Shown piece after piece: positions 28,382 through 37,578 of a stretch of 64,000 bases of DNA. Positions within the stretch are counted from its first letter, which is position 1; the number at the start of each line of letters is the position of its first letter. The notes under the pieces are model-generated. The model searched no databases. It was not told the DNA's origin and was given only the letters and a program-made list of their open reading frames with translations. Origin of the DNA: a virus; IMG/VR virus record IMGVR_UViG_3300046804_005798, positions 1-64,000 of that record; one strand, written 5' to 3'. The translations under genes were made by a program, and so were the position numbers.

Positions 28382-28550
28382 ATCTGAACCCGAAATTAAT
28401 CGGGGAGTTGAATTACTACTTAGGAATAGGAGGAAGAGAGAGTCATCAAAACCAAAAACTTTTCAAGTGAAGTTTGGTAAAATGATTTCTCTCTTTCGTA
28501 GAGAGTTTCATTTCTTTATAGAATTTCACTTTGATGTCAAGAAAAACTAA
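28340..28550 (+). CDS. Hypothetical protein (start uncertain)
   Basis: INRGVELLLR...ISLFRREFHF open frame filling the gap. Confidence 0.55.
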
Positions 28551-28567
28551 CTCTCTGGAGAAGACAA

Positions 28568-28804
28568 ATGGAATCAGCATATGTAATAACATTTTCTATA
28601 ATGTTCACTTTGCTATTTTTTATGGTTGGTAGTATAATAGGATGGTTAACATATATGCATTTGTTAGGAACAAGAACTCCATATTTACATCCAGAGTTTT
28701 TTGATGAAAATGGACAAATCATACCTGATGAAGTTGTTTCTGTCAGATTTGAAGAAGGATATTTTGATGATGAAGAAGAATTTGATGAAGAAGATGATGA
28801 TTAA
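28568..28804 (+). CDS. Single-TM protein with acidic tail
   Basis: TM then HPEFFDENG and D/E tail; GGAG SD. Confidence 0.75.
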   Translation: MESAYVITFSIMFTLLFFMVGSIIGWLTYMHLLGTRTPYLHPEFFDENGQIIPDEVVSVRFEEGYFDDEEEFDEEDDD

Positions 28805-28851
28805 AAAATACAACTAAATATGTTAAATTTATACAATTGCGATTGAAATTT

Positions 28852-29427
28852 ATGACTGCGACAAAAACTAATAAAATTTCAACTGAAAAATCAATTGAAA
28901 TTCTTCCAACTAATCCATTTATATTTGAAATTTTAGAACTTGCATCAAAGCAAAGAAGTAATGAAAAGAAAGTGGAAGTTCTAAAAATTTATGATGACCC
29001 CTCCCTTAAAACTGTTTTAATTTGGAACTTTGATGAATCTATAATTACTCTTCTTCCTGAAGGGGATGTTCCTTATTCAAGCACTAGTGAACAGACATCT
29101 TACAGCGGAACTTTAAGTTCTAAAGTTCAAGATGCAGTGTCTAAAATGGAAGAATTGGATTCAAATTCTTTAGGATCTATGGATCAGGGCAGATCTTCAA
29201 TTCGAAAAGAATATCAAATGTTTTATAATTTTGTAAAGGGTGGTAATGACGGATTGAGTTCTATTCGTAGAGAAACAATGTTCATTAATATCCTACAAGG
29301 TCTGCATCCAAAAGAAGCAGAACTTATTTGCCTAGTGAAAGATAAAAAGCTAACAGATAAATACAAAATTAGTTTTGATAATGTAAAAGAAGCATATCCC
29401 GATATTCAGTGGGGTGGCCGTTCATGA
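28852..29427 (+). CDS. Conserved T4-like phage hypothetical protein
   Basis: LPEGDVPY...RRETMFINILQGLHPKEAELI. Confidence 0.75.
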   Translation: MTATKTNKISTEKSIEILPTNPFIFEILELASKQRSNEKKVEVLKIYDDPSLKTVLIWNFDESIITLLPEGDVPYSSTSEQTSYSGTLSSKVQDAVSKMEELDSNSLGSMDQGRSSIRKEYQMFYNFVKGGNDGLSSIRRETMFINILQGLHPKEAELICLVKDKKLTDKYKISFDNVKEAYPDIQWGGRS

Positions 29428-29759
29428 CAGTAGTTACAGAGAAAGGAAAAAAGATGGCAGAAACTTCAAAGCGAGAAAAAAAAGTTCTGCCTCATGAGTA
29501 TGGATGTGAAATTCTTCTTGAGAAAACAACTCTTGAAAAAGCTAAGGATACTTCATTTCCAAATGATGCTTATCTAGTTTGGTATAATGAAAATAATGAA
29601 GATTTTATTGACTTGGTAAGAGGAACAAGAGTTCGAATTTTTGATATGTATTATGATCGTTTTGGTGCCAATTCAATTCAAAAAATTGATTTTGGATATG
29701 GCAGAACTAACCCAAAACTTTGGGGATATAAACAACCAGAGAAGAAGAAAAAGAAATGA
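29424..29759 (+). CDS. Hypothetical protein
   Basis: ATGA-coupled ORF; IFDMYYD, GYGRTNPKLWG. Confidence 0.7.
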   Translation: MTVVTEKGKKMAETSKREKKVLPHEYGCEILLEKTTLEKAKDTSFPNDAYLVWYNENNEDFIDLVRGTRVRIFDMYYDRFGANSIQKIDFGYGRTNPKLWGYKQPEKKKKK

Positions 29760-29974
29760 GTGAAGGATTTAAAGGGTTCACTAAATCTGCTGATGATAAA
29801 GAGTTGAGACTTTATATTAAGAACAAAGAAGTTAATAAATTAATCAAGGAATATAAAAAATTAAAAAAATATCAAAGGTCTTCTATTTTTGAAATTGAAA
29901 AACTTTCTGGACAAGAAACGAAAATAGATAAATTAATTAACCAATATGGGATAGATTCTGAAGCAATTGAATAA
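29756..29974 (+). CDS. Hypothetical protein
   Basis: 72-aa coupled ORF. Confidence 0.65.
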   Translation: MSEGFKGFTKSADDKELRLYIKNKEVNKLIKEYKKLKKYQRSSIFEIEKLSGQETKIDKLINQYGIDSEAIE

Positions 29975-30300
29975 TGGGAAAACATTACTTACTTAACTTG
30001 TATGGATGCTCGTTCGTTCTTTTGGACGACGAGCGTTGTCTTATTGATTTATTAGAAAACGCAGCGGTTGCTAGTGGTGCCACTGTGGTTCAGACTATTT
30101 CAAAAAAGTTTGAACCACAAGGAGTTACTGTAATTTGTTTGCTTTCTGAAAGTCATATTAGTATTCATACTTGGCCAGAGGAAGGTAAAGCGGCAGTAGA
30201 TGTTTATACCTGTGGAGATTGTAATCCAAAGATTGGATGTGACATTATCATTCAACAGTTGTATGCGACCGATCATACATTGAGTTATATTGAGAGATAA
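29974..30300 (+). CDS. speD: Pyruvoyl-dependent S-adenosylmethionine decarboxylase family proenzyme
   Basis: FEPQGVT..LLSESHISIHTWPE..AAVDVYTCG. Confidence 0.92.
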   Translation: MGKHYLLNLYGCSFVLLDDERCLIDLLENAAVASGATVVQTISKKFEPQGVTVICLLSESHISIHTWPEEGKAAVDVYTCGDCNPKIGCDIIIQQLYATDHTLSYIER

Positions 30301-30302
30301 AC

Positions 30303-30355
30303 TGTAACAAATATTACAAAAGTGCTTGTCTATATAGTGTAACTAGAGGTATAAT
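30303..30355 (+). promoter_or_regulatory. NtcA-like box and sigma70 promoter
   Basis: TGTA-ACAAATAT-TACA (GTA-N8-TAC) 30303-30318; TTGTCT-18-TATAAT 30326-30355. Confidence 0.55.
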
Positions 30356-30365
30356 AATCCTCTAA

Positions 30366-30668
30366 CGTTCATCCTATGACTAAAGCACTTTTGCTTTTAG
30401 CATGGGTTCCTTTCCTCTTTGTTTCAGCGCCACAAGCATCTAGTATCCAACAGGTTGCTGTTTCTTGTGACACCGCGATGGAACTAATGGACATCGTTAA
30501 AAACGACGATGTAGTAAACCAAAAGATAGAGGACCGATTGTTATTAGAACTCCGAAAGGATTTCATAGTAAGGTGCTAAAACCTAATAGGACGGAAGTAA
30601 GCCGACGCGGAACGGATCGTTCATTCGCTATTCGCAAATAGCGAACGCAAACGCCGACTGAAGGAACG
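30366..30668 (+). ncRNA. Tandem glnA-type glutamine riboswitch aptamers (first has an expanded P2 loop)
   Basis: CGTTCAT-CCTAT...ATAGG-ACGGAAGTAAGCCGACGCGGAACG (30366-30614) and CGTTCA-TTCGCTATT-CGCA-AATAGCGAA-CGCAAACGCCGACTGAAGGAACG (30618-30668). Confidence 0.75.
30376..30579 (+). CDS. Small exported protein nested in riboswitch aptamer
   Basis: Signal-like N-terminus, two Cys, 67 aa. Confidence 0.65.
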   Translation: MTKALLLLAWVPFLFVSAPQASSIQQVAVSCDTAMELMDIVKNDDVVNQKIEDRLLLELRKDFIVRC

Positions 30669-30701
30669 CTCTTTAACCTAAAAAACTAAGGAGAAAACCT
30701 A

Positions 30702-30839
30702 ATGTCTAAAGTCGTATACAGAGGCGTAGAGTATGATACTCAAAAGCGTTTAGAGTATCAACAACAAATGATGCAACAACCTCAACAATACAACGAAACC
30801 TATCGTGGTGTTAAGTTTGTAAAGGAGGGGCACAAATGA
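30702..30839 (+). CDS. DUF4278-like small protein (45 aa)
   Basis: MSKVVYRGVEYD...TYRGVKF double YRGV motif; AAGGAG SD; downstream of Gln riboswitch. Confidence 0.8.
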   Translation: MSKVVYRGVEYDTQKRLEYQQQMMQQPQQYNETYRGVKFVKEGHK

Positions 30840-30937
30840 ATACTTACTTCGTTCGTTATCTTAAGAAAAAAGCGAAGAAGGAAAAACTCCTTCATAACGC
30901 ACAACTGAATATGGCAAAGCAACCTCAAGTTGCTTAA
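30836..30937 (+). CDS. Small basic protein (33 aa)
   Basis: ATGA overlap, AAGGAGG SD, MNTYFVRYLKKKAKKEKLLHNAQLNMAKQPQVA. Confidence 0.6.
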   Translation: MNTYFVRYLKKKAKKEKLLHNAQLNMAKQPQVA

Positions 30938-30943
30938 TAAATT

Positions 30944-30974
30944 AGAGAGGGACTTGACTCCCTCTCTTTTTTTA
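30944..30974 (+). terminator. Rho-independent terminator overlapping a sigma70-like promoter
   Basis: AGAGAGGGA...TCCCTCTCT + T run; TTGACT in the loop and TATAAT downstream. Confidence 0.8.
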
Positions 30975-31005
30975 TCTATAATTACCTTTGTGAGGGTTAA
31001 TCAAG

Positions 31006-31248
31006 ATGGATAAAGAAAAGCTTAAGTTAATCATCAGAAACCTTGAGTCTCTTGTCGATTGTCTTAAATCAGAAGTATATTCTGATGTAGATGCATATAA
31101 ACCAGATCTTCAGTATGAAGAAGTAGCACCTTATATTGATGATTACGATGAGGTGTTCTATGATGATGAGAGTGATGAACTAGCAGATTTAATGAAAGTA
31201 AATCAAAAATACAAACTTACAAACGATGATGATGGAGATGGACTGTGA
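31006..31248 (+). CDS. Acidic hypothetical protein
   Basis: MDKEKLKLIIRNLESLVDCLKSEVYSD. Confidence 0.75.
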   Translation: MDKEKLKLIIRNLESLVDCLKSEVYSDVDAYKPDLQYEEVAPYIDDYDEVFYDDESDELADLMKVNQKYKLTNDDDGDGL

Positions 31249-31997
31249 AACCTATTAAAGCAAAAGACCTTCTTGAACTGGATAAAAATCTTGAAGTAGT
31301 AATGCTTCAATGTTATCCACTTCCAGAGCAAGTAATTTATCAAGCAGGAAAATGCGACTATTCAGAAACACCAATTCATAATCAAAAAATTCCTAAACCA
31401 AGTGAATGTGGAGAATGGGTTGTTGAACGTCTTTTAAGTAATGAGAAAGGACACTGGGGACCTCTAGAACACCCTTCAATTACTTTTTCTGTGTCTGGGT
31501 ACGTTCACAACGTTGCAATGCAAGCAAGGACCCATAGAGTAGGAGTTAGTTTTGATGTTCAATCTCAACGATATACTGGAAAAAGAGTCATTAAGGTTGC
31601 TAGTGGAGAACTAAAACCAAAAGATGTATTTTATGTCCGCCCTCCAGGATTTTATACTAATCGTTATGGTAAAAAATATGATTGGACAGAAGAAGATTAT
31701 GTGGATGAATTAAATTGGATTGTAGAAGGATGTAAGCGTTATGCAGTAAAATATGATAAAGGAATGTGTGAAGAACATATTCGTGATTATCTTGCTCAAG
31801 CAATTCGTCAAAACTTTGTAGTTTCTTTTAATCTTCGTTCAGTTCTGCATCTTTTAGATTTGAGAGCAAAAATGGATGCTCAGTTAGAAATTCAAGCACT
31901 TTGTGAGCAAATTGCACCTCATCTTGAAAAGTGGGCTCCACACGTTTGGAAGTATTATGAAGAGAAAAGATTACATCGTGCTCGTTTAAGTCCTTAA
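31245..31997 (+). CDS. thyX: Flavin-dependent thymidylate synthase
   Basis: GHWGPLEH, QARTHR..SFDVQSQRY, NLRS..H.LDLR..DAQLEI. Confidence 0.92.
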   Translation: MKPIKAKDLLELDKNLEVVMLQCYPLPEQVIYQAGKCDYSETPIHNQKIPKPSECGEWVVERLLSNEKGHWGPLEHPSITFSVSGYVHNVAMQARTHRVGVSFDVQSQRYTGKRVIKVASGELKPKDVFYVRPPGFYTNRYGKKYDWTEEDYVDELNWIVEGCKRYAVKYDKGMCEEHIRDYLAQAIRQNFVVSFNLRSVLHLLDLRAKMDAQLEIQALCEQIAPHLEKWAPHVWKYYEEKRLHRARLSP

Positions 31998-32032
31998 TAC
32001 TATAAATATTGGTAGAGTAAAACTATCGTATT

Positions 32033-32743
32033 ATGGTTTCACATTACATTTATAAGATAACTAATACTCTAAATCAAAAAATTTATGTTGGAAAATCTAA
32101 AAATCCAAAAGTTAGATGGAGACAACATAAATCTCACTCTAAAAAAAGAAATACAAAATTATATTATGCTATGAGAAAATATGGTGTAGAAAATTTTACA
32201 TTTGAAATTTTAGAGGAGTGTTTGGAAAGTCAAGTAAATGAAAGAGAAACACACTATGTTTCTCTTTTGGAACCATATTATAATATGACTAATGGTGGTG
32301 ATGGTGGGGGATTTTTAAACAAAAAACATGGCGATAAGTGGAAAAGTGCAATTAAACAAAGTAATTCTAAAAAAGTTGCTTGTTATGACTTGGAAGGAAA
32401 TCTCATAAAAGTTTATGAAAGTTGTAGAGAAGCTTCTTATGATATTTTTGATAAAAACAGTAGAGGCATAGATGCTGTAACCAGAGGAGAATATCAAACT
32501 TATGGTGGATATCAATGGAAATCTTTTGATAAAAAACCAGATTTAAAAATTAAACCGTATAAAAGAACATCGCATAAAATTAGAAAAGTTGGAAAATATG
32601 ATTTGTCTAATAATCTAATACAAGTATATGATAGTATGTCTATTGCTGCTGAAAAAAATAATGCTTCAACTTCAAAAATAACTCTAGTATGTCAAGGAAA
32701 AAGAAAAACACACTCTGGACATATTTGGAAATATATTGTATAG
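32033..32743 (+). CDS. GIY-YIG homing endonuclease with NUMOD1 repeats
   Basis: YIYKITN...IYVGKS..RW.QH, YNMTNGGDG; TATAAATA at 32001. Confidence 0.9.
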   Translation: MVSHYIYKITNTLNQKIYVGKSKNPKVRWRQHKSHSKKRNTKLYYAMRKYGVENFTFEILEECLESQVNERETHYVSLLEPYYNMTNGGDGGGFLNKKHGDKWKSAIKQSNSKKVACYDLEGNLIKVYESCREASYDIFDKNSRGIDAVTRGEYQTYGGYQWKSFDKKPDLKIKPYKRTSHKIRKVGKYDLSNNLIQVYDSMSIAAEKNNASTSKITLVCQGKRKTHSGHIWKYIV

Positions 32744-32766
32744 TATCCTAAAAACTAACAAGTAAA

Positions 32767-32925
32767 ATGAAAACTTGGTGCTTAAAAGATCATTTAACCG
32801 GACATATTTTTAAAGTTATTCTTACTCAAGAAGAACTTGATAATTTTTTTCAAAAAAATCCAAATGTTAGTGAGTGTATTGAATGCATTGAATGTGAAGA
32901 TGCTCCATCACTAACACTTGAATAA
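32767..32925 (+). CDS. Small hypothetical protein (52 aa)
   Basis: MKTWCLKDHLTGHIF...ECIECIECED. Confidence 0.55.
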   Translation: MKTWCLKDHLTGHIFKVILTQEELDNFFQKNPNVSECIECIECEDAPSLTLE

Positions 32926-32954
32926 ATATCCTTACATACTATGGAGGTGTAACA

Positions 32955-33203
32955 TTGGCAACATATCCAGTTTACAATAAAGTCACAGGCGAACAAAAAG
33001 AAGTTACGATGAGTGTTCATGATTGGGACCAGTGGAAAAAAGATAACGCAGAATGGGATAGAGATTGGAGTGATCCATCTACTTGTCCAAGTTCTGGGGA
33101 GTTAGGTGAAGTTTATGATAGACTGAAGAAATCTCATCCAGGATGGAATGATGTTCTACACCAAGCATCAAAGGCTCCTGGATCAAAAGTAAAACCAATC
33201 TAA
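32955..33203 (+). CDS. Conserved hypothetical protein (TTG start)
   Basis: GGAGGTG SD before TTG; ATYPVYNKVTGEQKE. Confidence 0.75.
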   Translation: MATYPVYNKVTGEQKEVTMSVHDWDQWKKDNAEWDRDWSDPSTCPSSGELGEVYDRLKKSHPGWNDVLHQASKAPGSKVKPI

Positions 33204-33209
33204 TTTTAT

Positions 33210-33971
33210 ATGGCAAGAAGAAAGAGAACATCTGACCAACCAATCGGTGTTGGTATGACTACTAGACAGATGAAGCGTAAGAAACCAATTAGTTTTGATA
33301 TAATGAGGGAGGTTGAACCTCTCACAGAAAATCAAAAAAGATTATTTGAATCTTATGACCAGAACAAACATATCGTTGCTTATGGATGTGCTGGTACAGG
33401 TAAAACATTTATTACACTATATAATGCTTTACAAGATGTTCTTGATGAAAGAAGTCCTTACGAAAAAATTTATATCGTAAGGTCTCTTGTTGCTACTCGT
33501 GAAATTGGTTTCCTTCCTGGAGACCATGAGGATAAGTCTTCACTTTATCAGATTCCTTATAAGAACATGGTGAAGTATATGTTTGAGTTACCCGACGAAG
33601 CATCATTTGAAATGCTCTATGGAAATCTCAAAACACAAGGAACAATTAGTTTTTGGAGTACTTCTTTTATTAGGGGAACTACTCTGGACAAATCAATTAT
33701 TATTGTTGATGAAATGCAAAATCTTTCATTTCACGAATTAGATTCTATTATTACTAGGGTTGGTGAAGATAGTAAAATTATGTTTTGTGGAGATGCCACA
33801 CAAAGTGATTTAATTAAAACAAATGATAGAAATGGTATTATTGATTTCCTAAAAATCTTAAGAGTTATGCCATCTTTTGAACTAATTGAATTCGGTATTG
33901 AAGATGTATGTAGATCTGGTCTTGTTAAAGAATATCTAACTGCAAAATACGAATTGGGTTTAACTTTATAA
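33210..33971 (+). CDS. phoH: PhoH family ATPase
   Basis: GCAGTGKT, IGFLPG, FIRGTTL, IVDEMQN, GDATQSD. Confidence 0.95.
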   Translation: MARRKRTSDQPIGVGMTTRQMKRKKPISFDIMREVEPLTENQKRLFESYDQNKHIVAYGCAGTGKTFITLYNALQDVLDERSPYEKIYIVRSLVATREIGFLPGDHEDKSSLYQIPYKNMVKYMFELPDEASFEMLYGNLKTQGTISFWSTSFIRGTTLDKSIIIVDEMQNLSFHELDSIITRVGEDSKIMFCGDATQSDLIKTNDRNGIIDFLKILRVMPSFELIEFGIEDVCRSGLVKEYLTAKYELGLTL

Positions 33972-34035
33972 CTTAACACTGGACTAGTAATGGAAAACTC
34001 TGGCAAAAAATTACAAATCATAATAATAAACAAAA

Positions 34036-34716
34036 ATGACATTTATCCATCATAATTTTTTAGGTGATATAGAATTAGAAAAGAAAGAAACAAACGGCAT
34101 TCGATTGTACAATCTTCCTGATGGTCAATGGGTGCCTTCGATTACTTCTGTTACTTCTTTTTATAATCGAGATATCTTTGTTAAGTGGAGGAAAAGAGTA
34201 GGATTAGAAGAAGCAAATCGCATTACAAAAAAAGCAACGGCAAGAGGAACTGATTTTCACCAAGTCTCTCAAGATTATCTTGAAAACAAAGAACTAAACT
34301 GGGATGATTATCAACCTCTAACAAAGTTTATGTTTCATCACGCAAAACCTTATCTTGATAAGATAAATAATATTCATGCAATTGAAAGAACTCTTTATTC
34401 AGAATACTTAGGGCTTGCTGGACGAGTTGACTGTATTGCTGAATATGAAGGAGAGTTGGCAGTTATTGACTTTAAAACTTCGGAAAAAATAAAACCAGAA
34501 GAATGGATTGAAAATTATTTTGTTCAAGAAACATTTTATGCTGCTGCATACTATGAAATGACTGGACAAGTTGTTAAAAAACTTATTACACTAATGGTAA
34601 CTCCTGGTGGAGAAGTAAAAGTATTTGACAAAAGGAATAAAGGGGATTATATTAAGTTATTAGTTCGCTACATTAAAGAATTTGTACGTCACAATACTAG
34701 GCAAAATGGAGAATGA
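34036..34716 (+). CDS. PD-(D/E)XK exonuclease
   Basis: PSITSV, RGTDFH, AGRVDC..VIDFKTS. Confidence 0.85.
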   Translation: MTFIHHNFLGDIELEKKETNGIRLYNLPDGQWVPSITSVTSFYNRDIFVKWRKRVGLEEANRITKKATARGTDFHQVSQDYLENKELNWDDYQPLTKFMFHHAKPYLDKINNIHAIERTLYSEYLGLAGRVDCIAEYEGELAVIDFKTSEKIKPEEWIENYFVQETFYAAAYYEMTGQVVKKLITLMVTPGGEVKVFDKRNKGDYIKLLVRYIKEFVRHNTRQNGE

Positions 34717-34963
34717 ATTAGAAAAGGTACTGGAAAGTAAATTTTTTTGTCCATCAAGGTTCGCTCAAGAGATTGAGAATCTTGTTCAAATTAATGAGGA
34801 TATGAGTTACATTGATGCAATCATTCATTTCTGTGAATTGAATGGTATCGATGTTGAGTCGGTTCCTAAACTTATTTCCAAACCTCTTAAAGATAAAATT
34901 AAGTATGAAGCAATGGAACTTAATTTTCTTAAAAAAACTTCCCGAGCAAAATTAATTTTTTAA
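34706..34963 (+). CDS. gp33: Late transcription coactivator
   Basis: FAQEIE...SYIDAI..FCE...KLISKPLKDKIKYEA; T4 synteny. Confidence 0.88.
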   Translation: MENELEKVLESKFFCPSRFAQEIENLVQINEDMSYIDAIIHFCELNGIDVESVPKLISKPLKDKIKYEAMELNFLKKTSRAKLIF

Positions 34964-34971
34964 TTTATTGA

Positions 34972-35568
34972 ATGATGCCCTTTGACTGTTATAAAACTTA
35001 CATTGCATTGAAGAATCACTTTACGAAGGATTCTTATGATTACTTGAAATATTCAGGGAAAACTAGAGCATCATTAGATTCTTTCTACAAGCGTCGGGAT
35101 CGTTTCTGGTTTGAAAAGGTATCCAGACAAAAAACAGATAAAGAAGTTGAAGAGTTTTTTGTTGCAAACTTTGTCTCCTGTAGTGATCCACAATCTTTAT
35201 GGATTGGTGAGATTATTAAAGAGGGTGAGTCAACATACAAGCAATGGCAGAAGCGTATTCAATCTCTTTCCTATACTTTTAAAGAAGAGATTAGAAATGT
35301 CTTCACCCCAAAAAACTTTAATAGTATGTTTTTGATTCAAACGGGACGACACCCTCAAGTTTTAAAAGAACATTTGCAAAGTCGTCTTTCTTTGGAGGCA
35401 ATGGTAATTCTGGATAGAATACTTGGATATAAGTCTCAGTTTGATAAAAAGTTAGATGATCCTGTTTGGAAACTAACTTCTATGCGTATGAGTAAGTATT
35501 CACCTTTCCTACATATTGATGTATTTCGTTATAAGAAAATTTTGAAAGAAGTAGTTTTAGGAGATTGA
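34972..35568 (+). CDS. gp59: Helicase loader
   Basis: YKTYIALKNHF..YDYLKY...KRRDRFWF; between gp33 and gp32. Confidence 0.88.
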   Translation: MMPFDCYKTYIALKNHFTKDSYDYLKYSGKTRASLDSFYKRRDRFWFEKVSRQKTDKEVEEFFVANFVSCSDPQSLWIGEIIKEGESTYKQWQKRIQSLSYTFKEEIRNVFTPKNFNSMFLIQTGRHPQVLKEHLQSRLSLEAMVILDRILGYKSQFDKKLDDPVWKLTSMRMSKYSPFLHIDVFRYKKILKEVVLGD

Positions 35569-35912
35569 TGACTTTTTTTAATTCCGAAGTTGTCCGTGCA
35601 GAGATGACAGAAATTGCTGAACTTCAGGAAATAGTTTATCGAAATGTATTTGATTTTCCTAGTATGACCAAAGAGGAAAAGATGAATCATATTGATGTTC
35701 TTGAAAGACTTTTAGATAAACAAAAGATTCTTTATACTCGTATGAGTTTATCAGATGATCCTGAAGCAAAGAAAATGAAAGAAAGAATTTATGAATCTGC
35801 TTCTATCATGGGTCTTCCTTCTAACGTTGATATGAATATCGTCTTTAATAACATGTCAAAGATGCTTGAAGCAATGAAGGAAAGAATTGACAAAACAGGT
35901 TCAGACCTGTAG
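35565..35912 (+). CDS. DUF1825-like cyanophage protein
   Basis: FFNSEVVRAEM...KQKILYTRMSLSDDPEA. Confidence 0.75.
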   Translation: MMTFFNSEVVRAEMTEIAELQEIVYRNVFDFPSMTKEEKMNHIDVLERLLDKQKILYTRMSLSDDPEAKKMKERIYESASIMGLPSNVDMNIVFNNMSKMLEAMKERIDKTGSDL

Positions 35913-35960
35913 AATAACGAGGTATACAAAAGCCAAATCCTACTAATACGGAGAAATCTA

Positions 35961-36908
35961 ATGTCTTTCGAAAATCTCAAAAAACAATCTAAACTGGGTT
36001 CTCTCACTTCTAAATTGGTAAAAGAAGTTGAGAAGATGAGTACAACTTCTGGAGGTGCTGATGATCGTCTTTGGAAACCAGAAATGGATAAAACTGGTAA
36101 CGGTTTCGCAGTAATCCGTTTCCTTCCTGCCCCTGAGGGTGAAGAACTTCCCTGGGCAAAAATGTACTCCCATGCCTTCCAAGGTCCTGGTGGTTGGTAC
36201 ATTGAAAATTCTTTGACTACTATTGGTCAGAAAGATCCTCTTGGTGAACATAATCGTGAACTGTGGAATAGTGGTTCAGAAACAAATAAAGAAACTGTTC
36301 GTAAGCAGAAGCGTAAACTATCTTACTACAGCAATATCTACGTTGTAAAAGATCCTGCAAATCCTTCTAACGAAGGTAAAGTCTTCCTCTTCAAGTATGG
36401 TAAGAAGATCTTTGATAAGATTATGGAAGCAATGCAACCTGAGTTTGAAGATGAAACTCCCATCAATCCCTTTGACTTCTGGCAGGGTGCAAACTTCAAA
36501 CTCAAAATCGTAAAGAAAGATGGGTATTGGAACTATGACAAATCTGAATTTGGTTCTATTGAACCACTACTGGATGATGACGATGCTCTGGAAGCACTTT
36601 GGAAAAAAGAGTATTCTCTGACTGCTCTTACTGCTTCCGACCAATTCAAGTCTTATGAAGAACTTGAGCGTCGTATGAATATGGTTCTTGGTCTGAAGAA
36701 TGCTTCTCCTACTCGTTCTCGTGCAGTAGTCGAGCAAGAAGATGAACTTGAAGAGTTTGCACAAACTCCCACCGTTCAAGAGCGTGTAGTGGAAGAACTT
36801 GAACAGTCTTATGCTCGTTCTAAGTCTCCTTCACTTCCCAAGATTACTTCAGAGGATGAAGATGAGGATGATGCTCTTTCTTATTTTCAGCGTCTTGCTG
36901 AAGATTGA
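35961..36908 (+). CDS. gp32: Single-stranded DNA-binding protein
   Basis: DDRLWKP..GNGFAVIRFLP, HAFQGPGGWYIENS, acidic tail; TTGACA..TAGAAT promoter upstream. Confidence 0.96.
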   Translation: MSFENLKKQSKLGSLTSKLVKEVEKMSTTSGGADDRLWKPEMDKTGNGFAVIRFLPAPEGEELPWAKMYSHAFQGPGGWYIENSLTTIGQKDPLGEHNRELWNSGSETNKETVRKQKRKLSYYSNIYVVKDPANPSNEGKVFLFKYGKKIFDKIMEAMQPEFEDETPINPFDFWQGANFKLKIVKKDGYWNYDKSEFGSIEPLLDDDDALEALWKKEYSLTALTASDQFKSYEELERRMNMVLGLKNASPTRSRAVVEQEDELEEFAQTPTVQERVVEELEQSYARSKSPSLPKITSEDEDEDDALSYFQRLAED

Positions 36909-37577
36909 TCATTCATAAAGTCTGATATTATCACCTTTCTTAAGGGTCTCGCTAACATATTGCGAAGACCCTTTTTTATATGCCATAATTTCTTTCATAT
37001 CATTTAATACAATATTCAGGTATGTTGGTTTCAGTATAAAAATGTTTCTTTTATCCTCTTCAAGTTTTTCTTCATATTCATAGTTTGTGACTGGAATTGC
37101 TATATTTGTTAGAGTTTCTGTTACATCAATATAGAAATCAAAATAAGAAATAGAATAATCTGATTGAACTTGTAGTCCTGCAGGAACAATTGTTACACCT
37201 TGACTATTTTTTATTTCTGGAGTTTCGTAGTGATGTATTCCATTATAAAGAGTGTTATAGTCGCCATATTTTTTGAGAAGGAACTCATCAAAATCATTTG
37301 CATTTAAAGGCCATTCTGTTTGAACATTGATAACATTGTTACAAATAAGAACTAACCAATCTAATGAAGAGTCTTGATATACCTTAAATGCAACATTATC
37401 GGGTCTATCATCTCCTTCAATTTTATATTTTGTAAAAAATGATAAGTTTTGGAAAATATCTTCTCTTAATTTTCCTCTTTTAAATAAATTCTTGACTCTA
37501 GCATAATCTCCTATCTGAGCATCTGGTATTCTGCTGACGTAATCTAAGTCTGGAACTTGGCGAAAATAACTTGGCAT
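36909..37577 (-). CDS. gp53: Baseplate wedge subunit
   Basis: RPDNVAFKVY..DWLVLICNN..WP motif. Confidence 0.88.
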   Translation of the reverse strand: MPSYFRQVPDLDYVSRIPDAQIGDYARVKNLFKRGKLREDIFQNLSFFTKYKIEGDDRPDNVAFKVYQDSSLDWLVLICNNVINVQTEWPLNANDFDEFLLKKYGDYNTLYNGIHHYETPEIKNSQGVTIVPAGLQVQSDYSISYFDFYIDVTETLTNIAIPVTNYEYEEKLEEDKRNIFILKPTYLNIVLNDMKEIMAYKKGSSQYVSETLKKGDNIRLYE

Positions 37578-37578
37578 T

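Noticed and set aside
34036-34716. Cas4 or CRISPR-associated nuclease
   Set aside because: No Fe-S cysteine cluster, no array; standard T4-like cyanophage exonuclease position between phoH and gp33
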